Below are positions 13,346 to 28,047 of a DNA stretch of 64,000 nucleotides, one piece after another. How positions within the stretch are numbered: the first letter of the stretch is position 1; each line of letters starts with the position of its first letter. The stretch is taken from positions 102,734,001-102,798,000 of the forward strand of contig OX597822.1 in assembly GCA_951406725.2 (NCBI GenBank), written 5' to 3'. The DNA comes from Octopus vulgaris (taxonomy: Eukaryota). Below the pieces are notes generated by a model. That model was given only the letters and a program-made list of their open reading frames with translations, searched no databases and had not been told where the DNA came from. Made by a program: the position numbers and the translations under genes.

Positions 13346-13482
13346 ACACGTATCCTCCTGTTCTGTTTAGTCCATTCTGTGGATTAAATAAGCTACAAGT
13401 GTTTATGTAATTTTGGGCAGCCATCAGCAGGCAAAACCACATCAGAACCACATTATCCAAAAACAATCTGATGAAGGAAAAT

Positions 13483-13707
13483 TTAACCCTTTTGATATCA
13501 GCCTGTCTAAAACAGCCCCCGGTTCTATAATACAAACTTCCTGTTTGAAGTGATCTAACTTGAAATTTCCCATCAAAATTTCATGTTAATTCATGTTCCA
13601 AATACAAGCTTCATAATGAGTTATTTTACAAAATTCTTCCTTATTTTCAAGATTAATTGAGAAAAGACAGTATCTTTCAACTTAAATATGGTAAGAAACA
13701 GGTTCAA
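13483..13707. mobile_element. piggyBac-type MITE
   Basis: TTAA|CCCTTTTGATA start; body matches 30287-30511; right end is degenerate. Confidence 0.7.
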
Positions 13708-16700
13708 ATAAGCTAACAGAATTCACAGCAACAAAAAAGGTAGACTCTAAATAATGAACTTCGTTCTTTCAAAGAGAAAAATTAATTTTGTTAAATAAAC
13801 CAAATCCTTAAAAAAAAATATATATAAACATACTTTTGTAATTTTCTTTTGATAAAAAGAACACTAAATTATATTATCAAGTCACAAATACTTATTTGAG
13901 CTTTAGAAATAGATTTCCATGTCGTTTATGACAGTGAATTTGGTCTAATTGTTATGATTTTCACCTAACAAAAACTTCAATTACAAATCCTTTTAATCTT
14001 CTTTAATTAGCTTTCAATTTGGCATAAAGGTTTATTTTGTGGGGAGGAGATGAAGAACGATGAATTTTTCCAAGAAAATTAGCTGCATAAATGAATAAGA
14101 AAACTATATCTCATCTTGTTTTACTGCACTCACCACGTTTTAATTAAACATTTTAATTAAATATACTTTGGGAGTACACTTTGACACCTCATCACCACTA
14201 CCCTTATCTCTCTTTCCAGCTCCACCCCAGGTACTCCCTCCCACCCTTATAAAATGAGGGGTAGCGATGTATCTCTTCAATAACAAACCTATTCCTGTTC
14301 TTGAATTTTCTATCATAAGCCACCTGCTTCTCAGATATACTCTCATTCAGTCTGGTGGGCTTGTTAGTCTTGCAAGTTTCAATGAAGACCTTGTTAGTGT
14401 TGTTGCTGCATAAACAAAAAGTACCCCATATACTCTGTAAAGTATATTAGGCAGGGCATCCAGCCATAGAAACTGCTAAAGCTGAAACACTGAAGTGAGA
14501 CATAGTCCTCCAACTTCTTGGATCCTGTGGCACCACCCAACCCATGCCTGCATGAAAAACAGATGTGAAAGGATAACAATTATCCATATTAAAATATCTA
14601 TTTCGTCCATTTCCAGAAACACAAACTTCAATAAATTTTCTAACATATAAAGTTACAAATCTTTAATTTAACCAATCTGAACACTAAAAGGATATGTCAA
14701 GTTGCTTGTTAATTATCCTATCTTAGAATAATCAATAGATCTATTTCTTATGAAATACACTTCATCTCATTTCACTGTTTTGGTCTGCCTTGCAAGGAAT
14801 ATATAATGCTAAGATTAACATCAAACTTGATACCGACTACATAGACTTGGGAACAGAGAGTGCTGTTGATTCAAATGCACACCCTAAAATTTTGTGGAAG
14901 CAATGAAAATGCTTTGAAATCCTGGGTTGGCCTGAGTTTGCAGCCCCTAAGCAAATTTCATTCTCGCTTTAATGGCTAATTAGTGACAACAAAATCTGCA
15001 CCATTGAGCATAAGGAAATAGGAATATTAAACAAAATTGTTTTGTTAGCAAAGTCTTACTCTAGCAAATATAAAATCTAAATATGAAAATTAGAATTGTT
15101 CAGGAGAAAGAAAAAAAAAACTCATCAAGAAGAATTAAGGTAACATAAGAAAATTCATAAAAATAATAAAATAAAGGAAAATAAAGTATAAAATATAATC
15201 TGATCGACACTAATTTAATTCTCTGAAATCTATTTAGGATTAAAATATAACTAGTTTTGACATGAAAATTAATCAGGTTAGTCAATGCTAATACTCAGAG
15301 AAATATGGCCAAAAAGAAAAAAAAGATAACAGTAATTGAAAGGAACAAGTTAAAGGAGAACTGAGAGAACCTGCTAGAAATAGCAACAAAGTCTTACCCT
15401 ACCATCTTTAAAAAAAATTATGCTGTATATTTATTCACAGGTATACAAGAAGATTCAATGGCCATGGATAGAACACCTTTGGTCATTGGTTGCATCAGTC
15501 AAAGTTGAAACTGGAGTTGGGGGCTCAACATCCAAATTATTTCTTGCCATAAATTTGATGCTAATACCCTAAACACAGTCTAACAGAAATATGAATTCCT
15601 TAAGTGTCCAGAAATGTTTAGATCATTGATCGCCAACCTTTTGACAAGAAAGGATCAATTTGAAGAGTTAAATCTTGTGGAAAACCATATTTTAAGCGTA
15701 ATACACTTAAGGTCAAAAAATGTAAAAACATTTATATAGATTATGCTGCATTTTCGATGGAACAATGGGGTTTAAATTTGATGAAACATTCTGAAGATTA
15801 AAATAGTGTTCATACTCATGTAAAAGTGGGACTTACATTTAGCCCAAAATTTTAAAGTTAAATTCTAACAGCTGACTTAATACACAAATACTACCTTTCA
15901 GGAATTGAAAATGAAGATACACTCTAAAATATCAATAGGAGAATCTGAAATGATCTCTGAAGTGAATGAATGAACAAAAAATTTTTTACAAAGAGAAAAG
16001 AATTGCAGTGAATTATAAAAGTAATGTCAGAAATGACATTGTTAGGTCTATGTCAGAAATGACAGCATATTTTGTAGCACTCTATTTATATTAGAGTAAT
16101 TGCAGTGACTCTTCAGTATTGGATATGAAGTAAGTCCACAACCTAATTTATCCCTGTACATCAAAATGCTTCCTTGTAGCAATATTTATACACAGACTAA
16201 TCTTTTGACCTGCAAATGTTGATGTTGAATAATTACAAAACCTGGAAAATTCCAGATTTTTAATCCTCAAAAGAAAGGAGTCAATTTTTACACAAGATTG
16301 AATTCTGTTTGAATACAAGCACCATTTTGAAAGAAATATGAAAGAAATTTTAACAAGATGTTTGAAACTAAACTTCAACAAGCTAGGTATGTCTCTCTTT
16401 TATGCTCGAAAATTTTATGTAATTTGCCCCCAAAGTCATCTCTGATACTGTGCCTCACAACAGCCAACTATCTCCTTGCTCTCCTTCCTACATAGTTACT
16501 GCATTTTGCAGCATGATAGACACTGCATTGTGGAAAATGCATCTTGGTTTGGAATATTTAATTCTAGGCAAATAATATTTTACATTTACCAAAGCCTCAT
16601 CCACATGATCGGTCAGGGTTCAGCAGGCCAAATCAGCTGAGTGCTCATTGCCAGCTGTCAGATGGGTGGTGGTAAAAACAGTAAATAATGGACAGCAAAT

Positions 16701-18203
16701 AGAGATGGGCAATGGTAAATGAGAGTGATTGAATATTAATAAAGGATGAGAGAGAGAGAGAGAGAGAAATGGCTAGCAATAGAAGAGTGATGATAGAAAC
16801 TATTGAATATGACTTACCTGATGCCACCCCCTCATTAAACAGTTGTCATAATCATAGCCTAATAACCCATTTAAATCTATCTTTAATTACTTACACACAC
16901 ACAAATGACTTAATTCTACTATTTAATATGAGTTACCTTCCAAAAGCTTGATAATGTGATCAAGTGAAAAAGTTAGGTATGCAAGATCAACAGTTTCTCC
17001 ACCAGCCATGGATGTACGATTGTATTTCAAGTGATCAATGGTTTGGAATGTATTACTGTGATTTTGTTCACACTGGAACAGAATCTGTTTTGTTTTTTTT
17101 TCAGTCTGCCATACAGAGACACAATCAAATATATATCAACATTTTAGCCAAAAATCTAGCAAAAAAATAAAAACTCTGAATAAGGCTACAAAAAGGACAC
17201 TCTACATATAAGGTTTCAAGGATACTTATAATTACAATATAAATGTCCTTCAAGTGGAGTTTATTGTCATGATTCATCTATAGTTCAAGATGATACAAAT
17301 AAGCAAAAATGTAAAATATAAAAATGATAGCGTCTAACTGTGCTGAAATACTTAAATACCCTTTCATTTTTCACCTGCTATGATCTGTACAAAATTGTTT
17401 ATATGTAGGGAATATAACCCTATATGAAAACATATATCCAGCTATGTCAAAATTTATTAAACAGAATAATTTTGCATTTTGACAGTATGTGGTTAAAAAA
17501 ACACAAGAATGATGATAATGCAAAATTAATTAAATTTAGGAAATGAATTGCTGAAGTAAAGCTAAATTAGAACAAGTATGTCATGCTAATGACATATATT
17601 TTTTTAAATAGTTTCGCCAAAAGAAGTAGAACTCAATCAGCTAAAATATGATGCTGTTGTAGAAATGCTAAATGACTGGATAAAACCCAAATGGTTTGCT
17701 ACTGGGAAAAGTACAAATCTATGTGTTTTTAAAAGAGTAACAAGCTTTGCAGTTAGTCATAAGGTAAACAACCTAATACGGTTTACCAAACCAATTTTCA
17801 GTGACCAATGAAACACTATCTTGTATCAGAGACTAAAGTGTATTAGACTTGTGCTGAAACATTCAGCGTTGACAAGATAATCTTGATAACTGTACGGCAA
17901 ACTTTGACTGTCTTTTGTCAAAAAACAATTGCCATATATCTTCTTGCAAAGTTCTAAATATACACACATAATGAAAGGTTGTTAAACCATCAGCAAGAAT
18001 AAAAAACTCTCTCAACTTTATGTTATCAGTAATTCATTTATCAACCCCTTTGCCGAGTGCAGTGATGCATATTATCATGGTACCAGTGCCAGAGATACTG
18101 CCTTGTCTCCTTTAAGACTAAAGAATCCTAAGTTGTCTCCTCCATTTGTCCAAAGAAATCATGAATGAGAGGATGCTCAATTCAATCGGCATATAAGAAT
18201 TCA

Positions 18204-18409
18204 AAAAGGCGGCGAGCTGGCAGAAACGTTAGCACGCCGGACGAAATGCGTGGCCGTATTTCGCCTGCCGTTACGTTCTGAGTTCAAATTCCGCCGAGGT
18301 CGACTTTGCCTTTCATCCTTTCGGGGTCGATAAATTAAGTACCAGTTACGCACTTGATCCGTTTGTCTGTCCCCTCTATGTTTAGCCCCTTGTGGGTAGT
18401 AAAGAAATA
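18204..18409 (+). mobile_element. Young tRNA-derived SINE family D with a 16-bp target-site duplication
   Basis: GGCGGCGAGCTGGCAGAA head, GAGTTCAAATTCC B-box, CpG-rich; GGCATATAAGAATTCA repeated at 18188-18203 and 18410-18425. Confidence 0.9.
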
Positions 18410-18787
18410 GGCATATAAGAATTCATTCATACATAGAATGTTTACAAAATGCAATTTTTAATTTTTGGGGATCCTCATCCCAGTTGGAAAATAAAACCTT
18501 GACAATTCAACACCATTCACACTGGTCCTTACTTAGCAACTCTCAATGCCCTACCCCATGTTAAGATAAATTTCTCTGAGTTTGCCTTTAACTTTTCTAT
18601 GCCAGGTGTTTTGTGGTTGTCACGGCTTTCACACTCCAAATAGCATCCATCCTAATGCTACTTTTGGTATCTTATTCCAGTCCATTTTGAGTATGTAGCC
18701 AAATTATTCTAACCCAACAATATTTTATTTCAAGAACCATGCCACAGCAATCAGTTTTACTGTACAATACCTCATTTCACACTTTGT

Positions 18788-19140
18788 TGGACCAGAAGAT
18801 TTAATCAAGTTTCTTTGGACACCCACTGACCTTATCCATCCCTTTTATCACTCACCAGCATTAAGATCAAGTTTGTTATAGGAGTGTATCTTCCTAGTTG
18901 TAAACTGGACTATCTGGAAGACCACAGCAGATATGGCCAGAGGCATCCAGTGAATGACTTGGTAGACCTCTCCTCAAAAAGAGATCATCTACAGAAGAGA
19001 AACTGAAAAGCTGAACAAGGATGCAAAGCAGACAAGTCTTAACATCAATAGATCAAAAACACAAGTCATACGCTTAAATTCCAACAACCCACGTATATCA
19101 CTATCACTAGTGAGCCAGTAGAATATATATGGAAGACTTT
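18788..19140 (+). mobile_element. Degraded RTE-clade LINE RT fragment
   Basis: Reads GCI..RGIQ..HLQ..EKLNKDAKQTSLNINRSKTQVIRLN, like the RTE RT block QEKTxxLxxxAxxxGLxINxxKT; a second copy of its first ~230 bp lies at 19543-19765. Confidence 0.7.
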
Positions 19141-19363
19141 ACATACATACACTGTCAGTACAGAACTATTACCTGCTCCAACTAGTTAACTGACTTGAAA
19201 TACCAAAGGATTTGAGAATAAGGATTGTTGTGTAGTAGGCGGAAGATGTGAGGTATTTCACTTGATTCAGGAGTGGCTAGACAAACGTAATAGAAAAAAA
19301 TAGTGGATTTGTTTGTTTTTGGTTGCTGGGTTTTTTTTTTACTTATTTGGTTAAACTTCCTTT

Positions 19364-19532
19364 CAACCCTTTTGATACAGGTTTACCAAGACTGGGACCT
19401 TTCCTTTTATGATAAAAAACTTCCAGTTTTAAAGTGATCTAAGTTAAAACTTTCTATCAAACTTCTATGTAAATTTATGTTTCAAACACAGGCTTAATAA
19501 TGACCAAGTTGGTTTACAAAATTCTTCATTTA
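19364..19532. mobile_element. piggyBac-type MITE, truncated
   Basis: AACCCTTTTGATAC start; body similar to the 13483 and 30287 copies. Confidence 0.6.
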
Positions 19533-19779
19533 CACCTTGATGGGCCAGAAGATATAATCGAGTTTCTTTAGACACCCACTGACATTATCCATACCTCCTT
19601 TTACCACACACCAGTATTAAGATCAAGTTTGTTATAGGGTTGTATCTTCCTAGTTATCATCTGGAAGACCACATCAGATATGGCCAGAGGCATCAATGAA
19701 TGACTTTGCAGAACTCTCCTCAAAAAAGATATCATCTACAGAAGAGAAACTGAGAAGCTGAACAACTACAGGAAATACC

Positions 19780-20560
19780 AGAGGGCCAACCTTGAGGAAG
19801 AAGTGTTGAGGTCGGTGAAGGGTCTGAAGACATGGACACAATATGGGTGAAGAAAAAGAGAGGGTAATAAACAAATGAGTCAACAGTAATTAAATATAAG
19901 TGGCACAAAACCAGCCAACTCTAAGGACTAGAAGGTCCTGTAGTAGCCATAGACAAGGCAAACAGAAAAGGAACATCTATAAGTAGGAGACTGGAATGTG
20001 TGAGTAACTCCATACCAATTGGTTACACAACCTTTGTTTGGATGTGGTGGTCAAAGATCCCAGTGTATTTACTACACTTTGGGTATTACCTGAGATTTGC
20101 AGAAGATTAATAGGTATTAGAAACTTATTTGTCTGGCCAGTCTTTGCTTCATTAAAAATGTGCATTCATTAGGAGAAACCTTCAATAATCACAAGGTCAA
20201 ACATGCATTTGTAGCAAGCAACCTTGAGAGTTCTGGTTTGATGTTTGTGCTTAGGAGAAGGCTGAAATATGTAGTGACTGTATCTGAGTGCTGTTGAAGG
20301 GGACAAAACTGGTATGGCCCTCCACCCACGAGATGAATATTTTTGAGGTCCCTGTTCATGGAGTCAGTGTAGATGTGGTGTGAGGTAATCAACATTACAT
20401 GGGGATGGCACTTGAAAATTTAAAAAGAAATGAAGAGTGGATCATTAAAGTTTGATTTGAGAGAGAGAGAGAGTAAGAAGTCAGAAGTGCTTTCAGAAAA
20501 GCAATTTGCCAGTCAGAAATATGAGTAAAATAACTCATGCGGAAGTTAGAACAGCAAATA
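19780..20560 (-). mobile_element. Degraded CR1/L2-group LINE fragment
   Basis: Minus-strand IHSS..DSMNRDLKNI..ELAGFVP pieces parallel the + strand fragment at 8300-8945. Confidence 0.55.
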
Positions 20561-21445
20561 ACCCGGTCTCTGAACTGTAGCACTGCTATGGGAGGAGTGC
20601 AACAGCCAAGAGGTGTGGTATGCATTAAAAATCACCAAAGACAGTAACTACAAAGAGAGGTTAGTAAAATATGAAATAGAAGTCTTCAATGCAAGAATGA
20701 GATATGGTCAAACTGACAATTGTTGGATGAATTCAACATAGAAGAAACAACAAATGAACTGAGAGGAATGGAAAAAGAAAGATTTTGAACTAGAGCAGCT
20801 GCAAGTTTTCATTACTGCTATTCCACTGAGAGGCAAGAAGGAATGTGAATGAAGTTGTAATATAGAATAAACTGGACTGAAAAGAATGCTAGAGATAGCA
20901 GTTGAGTGATTTGTAAAAATCTTACAAGTTGCATAAGCTCCAAAAATACTAGAAAAATATTTACTAATCTCTAAATGTTTCCTTTTTTTATTATTTTTTT
21001 TTAATGTTTTAGGACTGGCCATTCAATGAGGATGAGCATAATTCTACAATTTCACAGTACAGTCTCAGAGGGAAATGGTCCTATATCAGAGAAGATAGAA
21101 GGAACAAAAGTGGGGGAGTGCAAAAAGCAGATGTGTTTGTGTGTGTGTGACATTTTTACATGTACTTTATTTGCTGACCTGGGAGGGTAAGTTTTACACA
21201 TTTATATAATATACAGGAATGAATAATGAAAACTATTTGCTGGCAATCTCTTCACTTATCTAAGAAATGGCAAAAATCCTAGATTTAAGTCAGCTGATAA
21301 ATCTAAACTGACTGATATACAAAAATCTTTCAAAAAAGATATGCTAAAAAGGAAAAAAACAAAAACACAGGGTAAAATCCTTCAGAACACAAAATGCCAT
21401 CAACTATGGCCAAAGATAAAGGACAAAAATCCTTATTATATAAAC

Positions 21446-21837
21446 TCTCTATATATAAAGCTGAAGTTGTTTGTGTATGGCAGGTTTGGTAGCCTTCAAC
21501 TAACACTATCTCCTCCGAGACCCTGCAGTGCAAGTTGACCAAAATTGAAAGTATGATAGAAGAAGGCTTGCTCTTCCTTCCGTAGAAGAAAAAATTCAAA
21601 TCGGACCATGTTAACACCAAAATCTATTTACATCAAAAAGGTGCTTTTTTTTCTATGAAAATCCCTATTTTTTACGATTTTTTTACTGCTGTGTCGCCAT
21701 TTTTTTGGTGTATTTCAACCAGAAAAATGTTCACTTAAAGAGAATAACAAGCTACATAATGCAAAATTTTTACCTTTCGAAAATTCCAATTCAAAAGGGT
21801 CGAAACAAACCCGAGCAACACCGGGCGATACTGCTAG
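21446..21837 (+). mobile_element. Non-autonomous Helitron, family 1
   Basis: TC...hairpin...CTAG|T; colinear with 6559-6951. Confidence 0.85.
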
Positions 21838-23599
21838 TATAAAATAAAACAGAAGTCAGTCAACTTGTCTAAACCACATCAGAATTACTATCAATCAACA
21901 AATAGAATGTGAAATAATTTCTTGCAAATAAAATATAGTCATCTGATATTTTAAAAACAAATAAATTTATGAAACAATAATAAATTACTACCAATTGGTA
22001 ACTCATTATGTTTAACTAGGGAAACAGTCTAGTTTTAGTCTGTCTCCCTCATTCTGCTGTTCGAGATATTAATGTAATACAAGTCCACAAGTGGATAGAG
22101 AAAAGAATTCAAAATATTCTTTTACAGTGTGCAATTGTAGAAATGTATAAAAGAAGGATCGTTTTGGTTGAAGGAGGAAGGGACATGTCACCAGTTTAAA
22201 TATCGCAATTACATTGGAGATAAGAATCAACAGGCTAATTAAAAATAAAAAGAATTAGTCATTCATTCTTATTGCAGGAATTCATTACAGTCTGAAGTGG
22301 AAATTAAAACGTCTAAACTCAACAAGTTGGTGGAAATCGACATTTACAATCTAGAGGATGAAGAAACTATGTAATTGCTCCACATAATTTATAGGCTTTC
22401 TACTTTTACTACCATGCACTGTACTGCATTGTACTGCACATATTCCTTTTTTTGTTTCCACTAAGATATTTTAAATTGTTGCCACTGCAGATCTTTGCTA
22501 GTATTATATCAAAAAAACTTGGCTTTCGTCATCCAAGTATTTCCTACTATAACTTATGCACAACTTCCACATTTTGAAGATGAGACTTCAATCATTGGCC
22601 TTTAGGATCACATTATATTTAAATGATGATCGATTATGAATCAATACTACAATTAAACTAAATAACTCCCACTATAAATACAGACTAGAACAGCTTGATA
22701 TCTAAATTTAAACATAATACTTTTAACTTCACATTGACTAAATATGTATCCTGCAAATGGTGTCGGATAGAAAGCTTTGCAGTATTTGTTCCAATACTAT
22801 GCACTCTGAGTTCAAATCCCGCCAAGATCATCTTTGCCTTTCATTTTTTCAGGGTCAATGAGAAAATAACAATCCTGTGCAGTAGACTGGCAAAACTAAG
22901 AATAACGGACCAGATGTCCAGAGGTTTTTGCTCCACTTTTTGCATTTTAAGTTCAAAGAACCACCATGGCATACCTGGATGGTAGACTATATTAGTCACC
23001 CAATTTAATTAACTAGCTACATGGTTTCAGGTTCAGTCCCACTGCGTGGCACTTTGGGCAAGTGTCTTTTGCTATAGCCCCGGGCCGCCTGAAGCTTTGT
23101 GATTGAATTCGGTAGGTGGAAGTTACTGCCATGTGTGCATATGGCGTGTAGGTGCTTGTGCCTCTCCGAAAGAGAGAGAGGGATCACTTGGCACATTAGG
23201 TACCTTTAGTATAGTCCACTCTGTTACAAGCATTCAGGCCATGTTTCCAGTTTGAGGATACCTTTATCTCTCCCTCTTTCCCACCTGTCTCAGAGGCCCT
23301 GTAAAGGAAGCATGGGCACTGTCTTGCTTGCTGACTAAAAGATATGAAAAAAGAGAAAAAGATATTTGGAGCACTGACAACCACATACTACAGTTCCAAT
23401 CATACTACAACCATTGCATTGTACTTTTACATAAGAGACACAACTATGCGTATCGTATTTACATGCCAGGAAATAGATTCCACACCTTCTTCATGGCTGA
23501 ATGGCCAACAACAGGAAATAATATTGCAGTCCTCTAACAAAATTATATGAATAATATCAAAAAAAGTGAAACTAATGCAAATACAGAATAAAACAGCAA

Positions 23600-23836
23600 A
23601 TGAACAAAGCAGATGGTTGACAACGAAAAACCTGGCTGATGACGGTCAAGGCTGATCTGGAACACAACCTAGGCCCCCATGTCTACGGTGTTCGCCACTG
23701 GAATAGTGAGAGGTTGGAGATCACGCGGTCATTAGCCTCAAATCGCCAGGCCTGGTCGGCGTTTGTGAGAGATGTAGCATTGAGGATGAATGAAGCCAGC
23801 TCAACCCACCCTGGGTGAATGCTGTCTCAAGACAAG
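23600..23836 (+). mobile_element. RTE-clade LINE 3' end
   Basis: Translates QRKTWLMTVKADLEHNLGPHVYGVRHWNSERLEITRSLASNRQAWSAFVRD, the RTE C-terminal GxQxKTW...LAxNRxxW motif. Confidence 0.8.
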
Positions 23837-23839
23837 AAG

Positions 23840-24065
23840 GTGCAGGTATGGATGTGTGGTAAGAAGCTTGCTTCACAACCACATGGTTCTAGTTTCAGTC
23901 CCATTGTGTGGCATCTTGAGCAAATGTCTTCTACTATAACCTCAGGCCAACCAAAGCATTGGGAGTAGATTTTGTAGATGAAAACTGAAAGAAGCCCATC
24001 ATGTGTGTGTGTGTGTGTGTGTGTATGTGTCCCACCACAACTTGAAGACCAGTGTTAATGTGTTT
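23840..24065 (+). mobile_element. SINE family A, degraded 5' half
   Basis: GGTGCAGG..GTGTGGTAAGAAGCTTGC..GAAACTGAAAGAAGCCCATC followed by (TG)n. Confidence 0.75.
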
Positions 24066-24509
24066 AGGTCCCTATTGGGAAGCAAACTTCTGAACCATAC
24101 ACTCCATTTATATTCCTTATTTAGCAGTCTTTTTTCCAATAAATTAACAGCCTTCATAATAATTATTTATTATAATGTTATGCTAGCTGGATCAGCCTTG
24201 TTTTCAGTTTTAATCTAAAAAGCAATTTTAAACCTGCTCATTACAATATCTATGCAAGATGTGCATCTAAGATGCTGGGTACTAAGAAATTAAATTACTT
24301 GATTTCGTTCCATATTAATCAATATTAGGAACAGACATGCTCAACCAGGACCTTTGTCCAATTTCCTCAAGACACCACCCACCACTTTTTATTTCTCTAA
24401 CTCCAACTTTCCTTTGATACCACTAATCTTTCACACTACCAGGAACCATTTCACTTGATATACATCCCCCATCCTTAGCACGATCCATACCAGAGGCGCA
24501 AATGAGTGT

Positions 24510-24633
24510 CTCTTATTTACAGCTATGAAATCCCATATGGACCGTTAAAAGATGCATTTAAGCATCTCTGGGATTTTATGTCTGTGAGCAGAGCATATAC
24601 GTACCACTGGGATTTCACAGCTACAGATAAGAG
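24510..24633. repeat. Small imperfect inverted-repeat element (MITE-like)
   Basis: CTCTTATTTACAGCTATGAAATCCCA ... TGGGATTTCACAGCTACAGATAAGAG, ~26-bp arms with ~4 mismatches. Confidence 0.55.
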
Positions 24634-26259
24634 GTGTTTATAGGCATTTGTGGCATGGATTAATACTATCTTCTCCATCCACACTTTACATTGTTCCCCA
24701 CCTCCAAGACATCAACTCATCTCACCTTCTCCACCACCACATCTCTCCCCCTCTCCATGCACAATGCATACTTCTCTCTCCTTCCCCCACACTCTTGCAA
24801 CCTACCCAACTACTTGTCCTATCTCTCTCTCTCACCTTCTCTCTCATCCTTCTCCTGTCTATTGTTATCATCATTATTATTCTGCTACTATGCCCAACAC
24901 ACATGCATCACTGGTCACACAAACCCTCCAACCAACCTCACCCCTTACACACCATACACTATATCCACCCCTCAACCCTACCAAAATAGACAGTGGGGCA
25001 CAATGCAGTCCTTGGGCCCCTCTTCCCTTTCCCCCTAGGATTCTATCAAACTGTCCAATTCATATCAACATGGAACATGGATATTAAAAGATGGTGACGT
25101 AACCATGATCCAAATCCTCAAACATAACTACACAAATTGCTTAATAAAATTGTTTGCCCAGCAGAGATGCTGATATAAAATGTCTGTCTATCCCTCAAAT
25201 AGATAAGAACATGCTTAATCCAAGCAAATGTAAACTACATAAATTTCTTCTCGTGCTTCGTGGAACCAGTTTTCTTGGTGCAGAGCAGATAAGGAATAAT
25301 TCATTTCTGGACAAGATGCCAGTCTCAAATATAACATATCCAGGTAATCCAGTTCAACTTCACAGCAGCTAAGTACCCAGAATTAAGTGTACTGTCTCAT
25401 TACACAAAATGTTGGAAGCTGGTTTGAACCCAAAACCTATGAAGTGGTGGCTTATTACCAAATCTATTCAGCCACATCTCCTGCCACTAATCCATACAAG
25501 TTTTTCAAGTAAGAGATTTCTTATTCCACAAGGCTTCAAAGGCACAAAGAAAGCAAAGGATTTGTTAACAGAATAAACTACAACATCCCCCACTTATAGG
25601 TCAAGACATTCATAAAAGTGTGTACAAATGTAAATAAACACAGACTCACACATGTACATGCACACATACCAATGTTTTTTCAGTTTCTATCAACCAAATT
25701 CACTTGCAAGGCTTTGGATAGCCCAGGGCTTCAGTAGATCACACTTGCCCAGAGCGTCACACAGTGGAACTAAATCCAAAAACCACGTGCTTGAGAAGCA
25801 AACTTCTTGATCACACGCCTCCACCTCATCACTTAATGTCTCTCTTCCATGCTGAGATGTGGTGGCTGGTTTGACAAGGAGCTGGTAAGCCAAGGGACTG
25901 CACCAAGCTTCACTGCACGCATCCACTCTTTAACTCTTCAACCAGTCTCAGGTCAAGAACTGCAGCCATGCTGGGGTACCTATGTATTGTTCTACAGTCA
26001 AACGCTCTTCCTGCCAAGATATGTATCTCCTATATAAATGAGAGTGTATGTGTGTTTAAACCCAAAAAGGCTCTGAAACAGTGCATCCTTGAAAAAAACA
26101 GATTTGATTTTGATATCTACATCCTAAAAAGACAGTTTTCAGTAAATAATAATAAAAAAATATTAGAAACAAACTTCTTAACTACACAGCTATGACTGTG
26201 CCCATAGCTTTTTTCACTTTGGCTGCAAATGGCTTAGAGACTTGCAAACTTAGATCTAT

Positions 26260-26461
26260 ACTCTTTTACTTGTTTCAGTCAGTTGACTGTGGCCATGCTG
26301 GAGCACCGCCTTTAGTCGAGCAAATCGACCCCAGGACTTATTCTTTGTAAGCCTAGTACTTATTCTATTAGCCTCTTTTGCCGAACCGCTAAGTTATGGG
26401 GATGTAAACACACTACCATCGGTTGTCAAGCAATGTTGGGGGGACAAACACAGACACGCAA

Positions 26462-26512
<51 letters not shown>

Positions 26513-26654
26513 CATACACATACATATATATACGACGGGCTTCTTTCAGTTTCTGTCAACCACATCCACTCACAAGGCTTTGGTCGGCCCGAGGCTATAG
26601 TAGAAGACACTTGCCCAAGGTGCCACGCAGTGGGACTGAACCCAGAACCATGTG
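26260..26654 (-). mobile_element. tRNA-derived SINE family A (5' end missing)
   Basis: Reverse complement of ~10560-10950. Confidence 0.9.
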
Positions 26655-26889
26655 AAGTTACACAGAACTGCGTTTTAATATTAGTTTTAAAACTGGTTAT
26701 AAATAATCCTGTTACTTTAAATATTCCTTAATTTATACTTTATTTAAAAAAAAAAAATTCAGGTTATCAATAAAGTAAAATTAAATCCCCTGTGATGCTT
26801 CTCTGTTATTACCCAGCAAGCCATTCTTTTTCCACCAGCCTTTTTGACTTGGAAATACATCAACTACAGAGGATAAATGCTTACTAATT

Positions 26890-27296
26890 ACATCATCATT
26901 ATTTCAACATCTACTTTACCAAGCTTGCATGGAACCAGTGGAATTTGAGGCAAATTTTCAATGACCAAATACCTTTCCTGTTGCCAACCTGTTTTCAAGC
27001 AAGGTAATATTACCCCATAGCTATTCATGTGTTTCACAGAAGACAGAAACAAACAACATTACTTGCATGATGGTGATGCATGCTTACAGCTATCACGTGA
27101 TGTCAAGGCAAGGGCACATAGATACATATATAAATACAACAGGCTTCATTTAGTTTCCATCTACCAAATCCACTCACAAGGCTTTAGTTGGCCCATAGCA
27201 ATAGTAAAAGACACTTGCTCAAGATACTACACAGTGGAACTGAACCTGGAACCACATGGCTTGCAAACAAGCATCTTAACCACACAGCCATGCCTA
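26890..27296 (-). mobile_element. Old composite SINE (family C)
   Basis: Same motif order as 4110-4505. Confidence 0.7.
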
Positions 27297-28047
27297 TATT
27301 TATAAATATCTGGCATGTCATTTCTTTATATAATGCACTTAACCCAAAAGGGAACTACTATCGTTGACTTATGAATCATTCAGACTGTAAATACTGTTAA
27401 TCAGTCCATGACAATTTATATTCAAAACCTGTAAAGCAAAAAGGAATATGGAATCCAATTGAGGTCTGTCAGACACATGTCTGATTGAAATTATGTAGCA
27501 TAATAATTTGGTCATGATGCCAGCATGGAAAACGGATATTATATGATGATGACAATAATCCACAAGAAAGTCGGTCTGTGTAAAAACTTTTCCCAGACAT
27601 ATTCAGCCATGTTCTCATTTGTTTTGTTTCATTTTGAAATGCAGAGTAATAACAAAAAATGTCTACCTTGCTTTTAAACTTTGGGCCTGTGACAGTATTC
27701 AGCCAAAAATGGATGAGATGAATGTCTCAATTAATTTGGATTTGGATGTTAGCTAATGAATTGTTATAATACATATTTCTTTTACAACCAGATACTTTGG
27801 GACTATAACTTTTTTAATTGTGAAATGCGAGCATCACCTATAATCAGGTAAGTAGAACACAAACACACATGCATATATAGAAAGTCACCATCTTGTAGAA
27901 ACCCAAATTGCTACTTTAGAGGTCAGAAGTACAAAAAGAAATAGTATTTCAAATGTAGCTAATTGAAAAGACAATGAGAACAGACACTATATTTAAATCC
28001 TAAATCACTTAACATTACTCCTTAATTAACTTCAGATAAAAACTTAC

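Noticed and set aside
22278-22374. + strand terminal-exon-like ORF NSLQSEVEIKTSKLNKLVEIDIYNLEDEETM*
   Set aside because: No upstream partner exons or homology recognised, and it lies opposite to the inferred gene strand.
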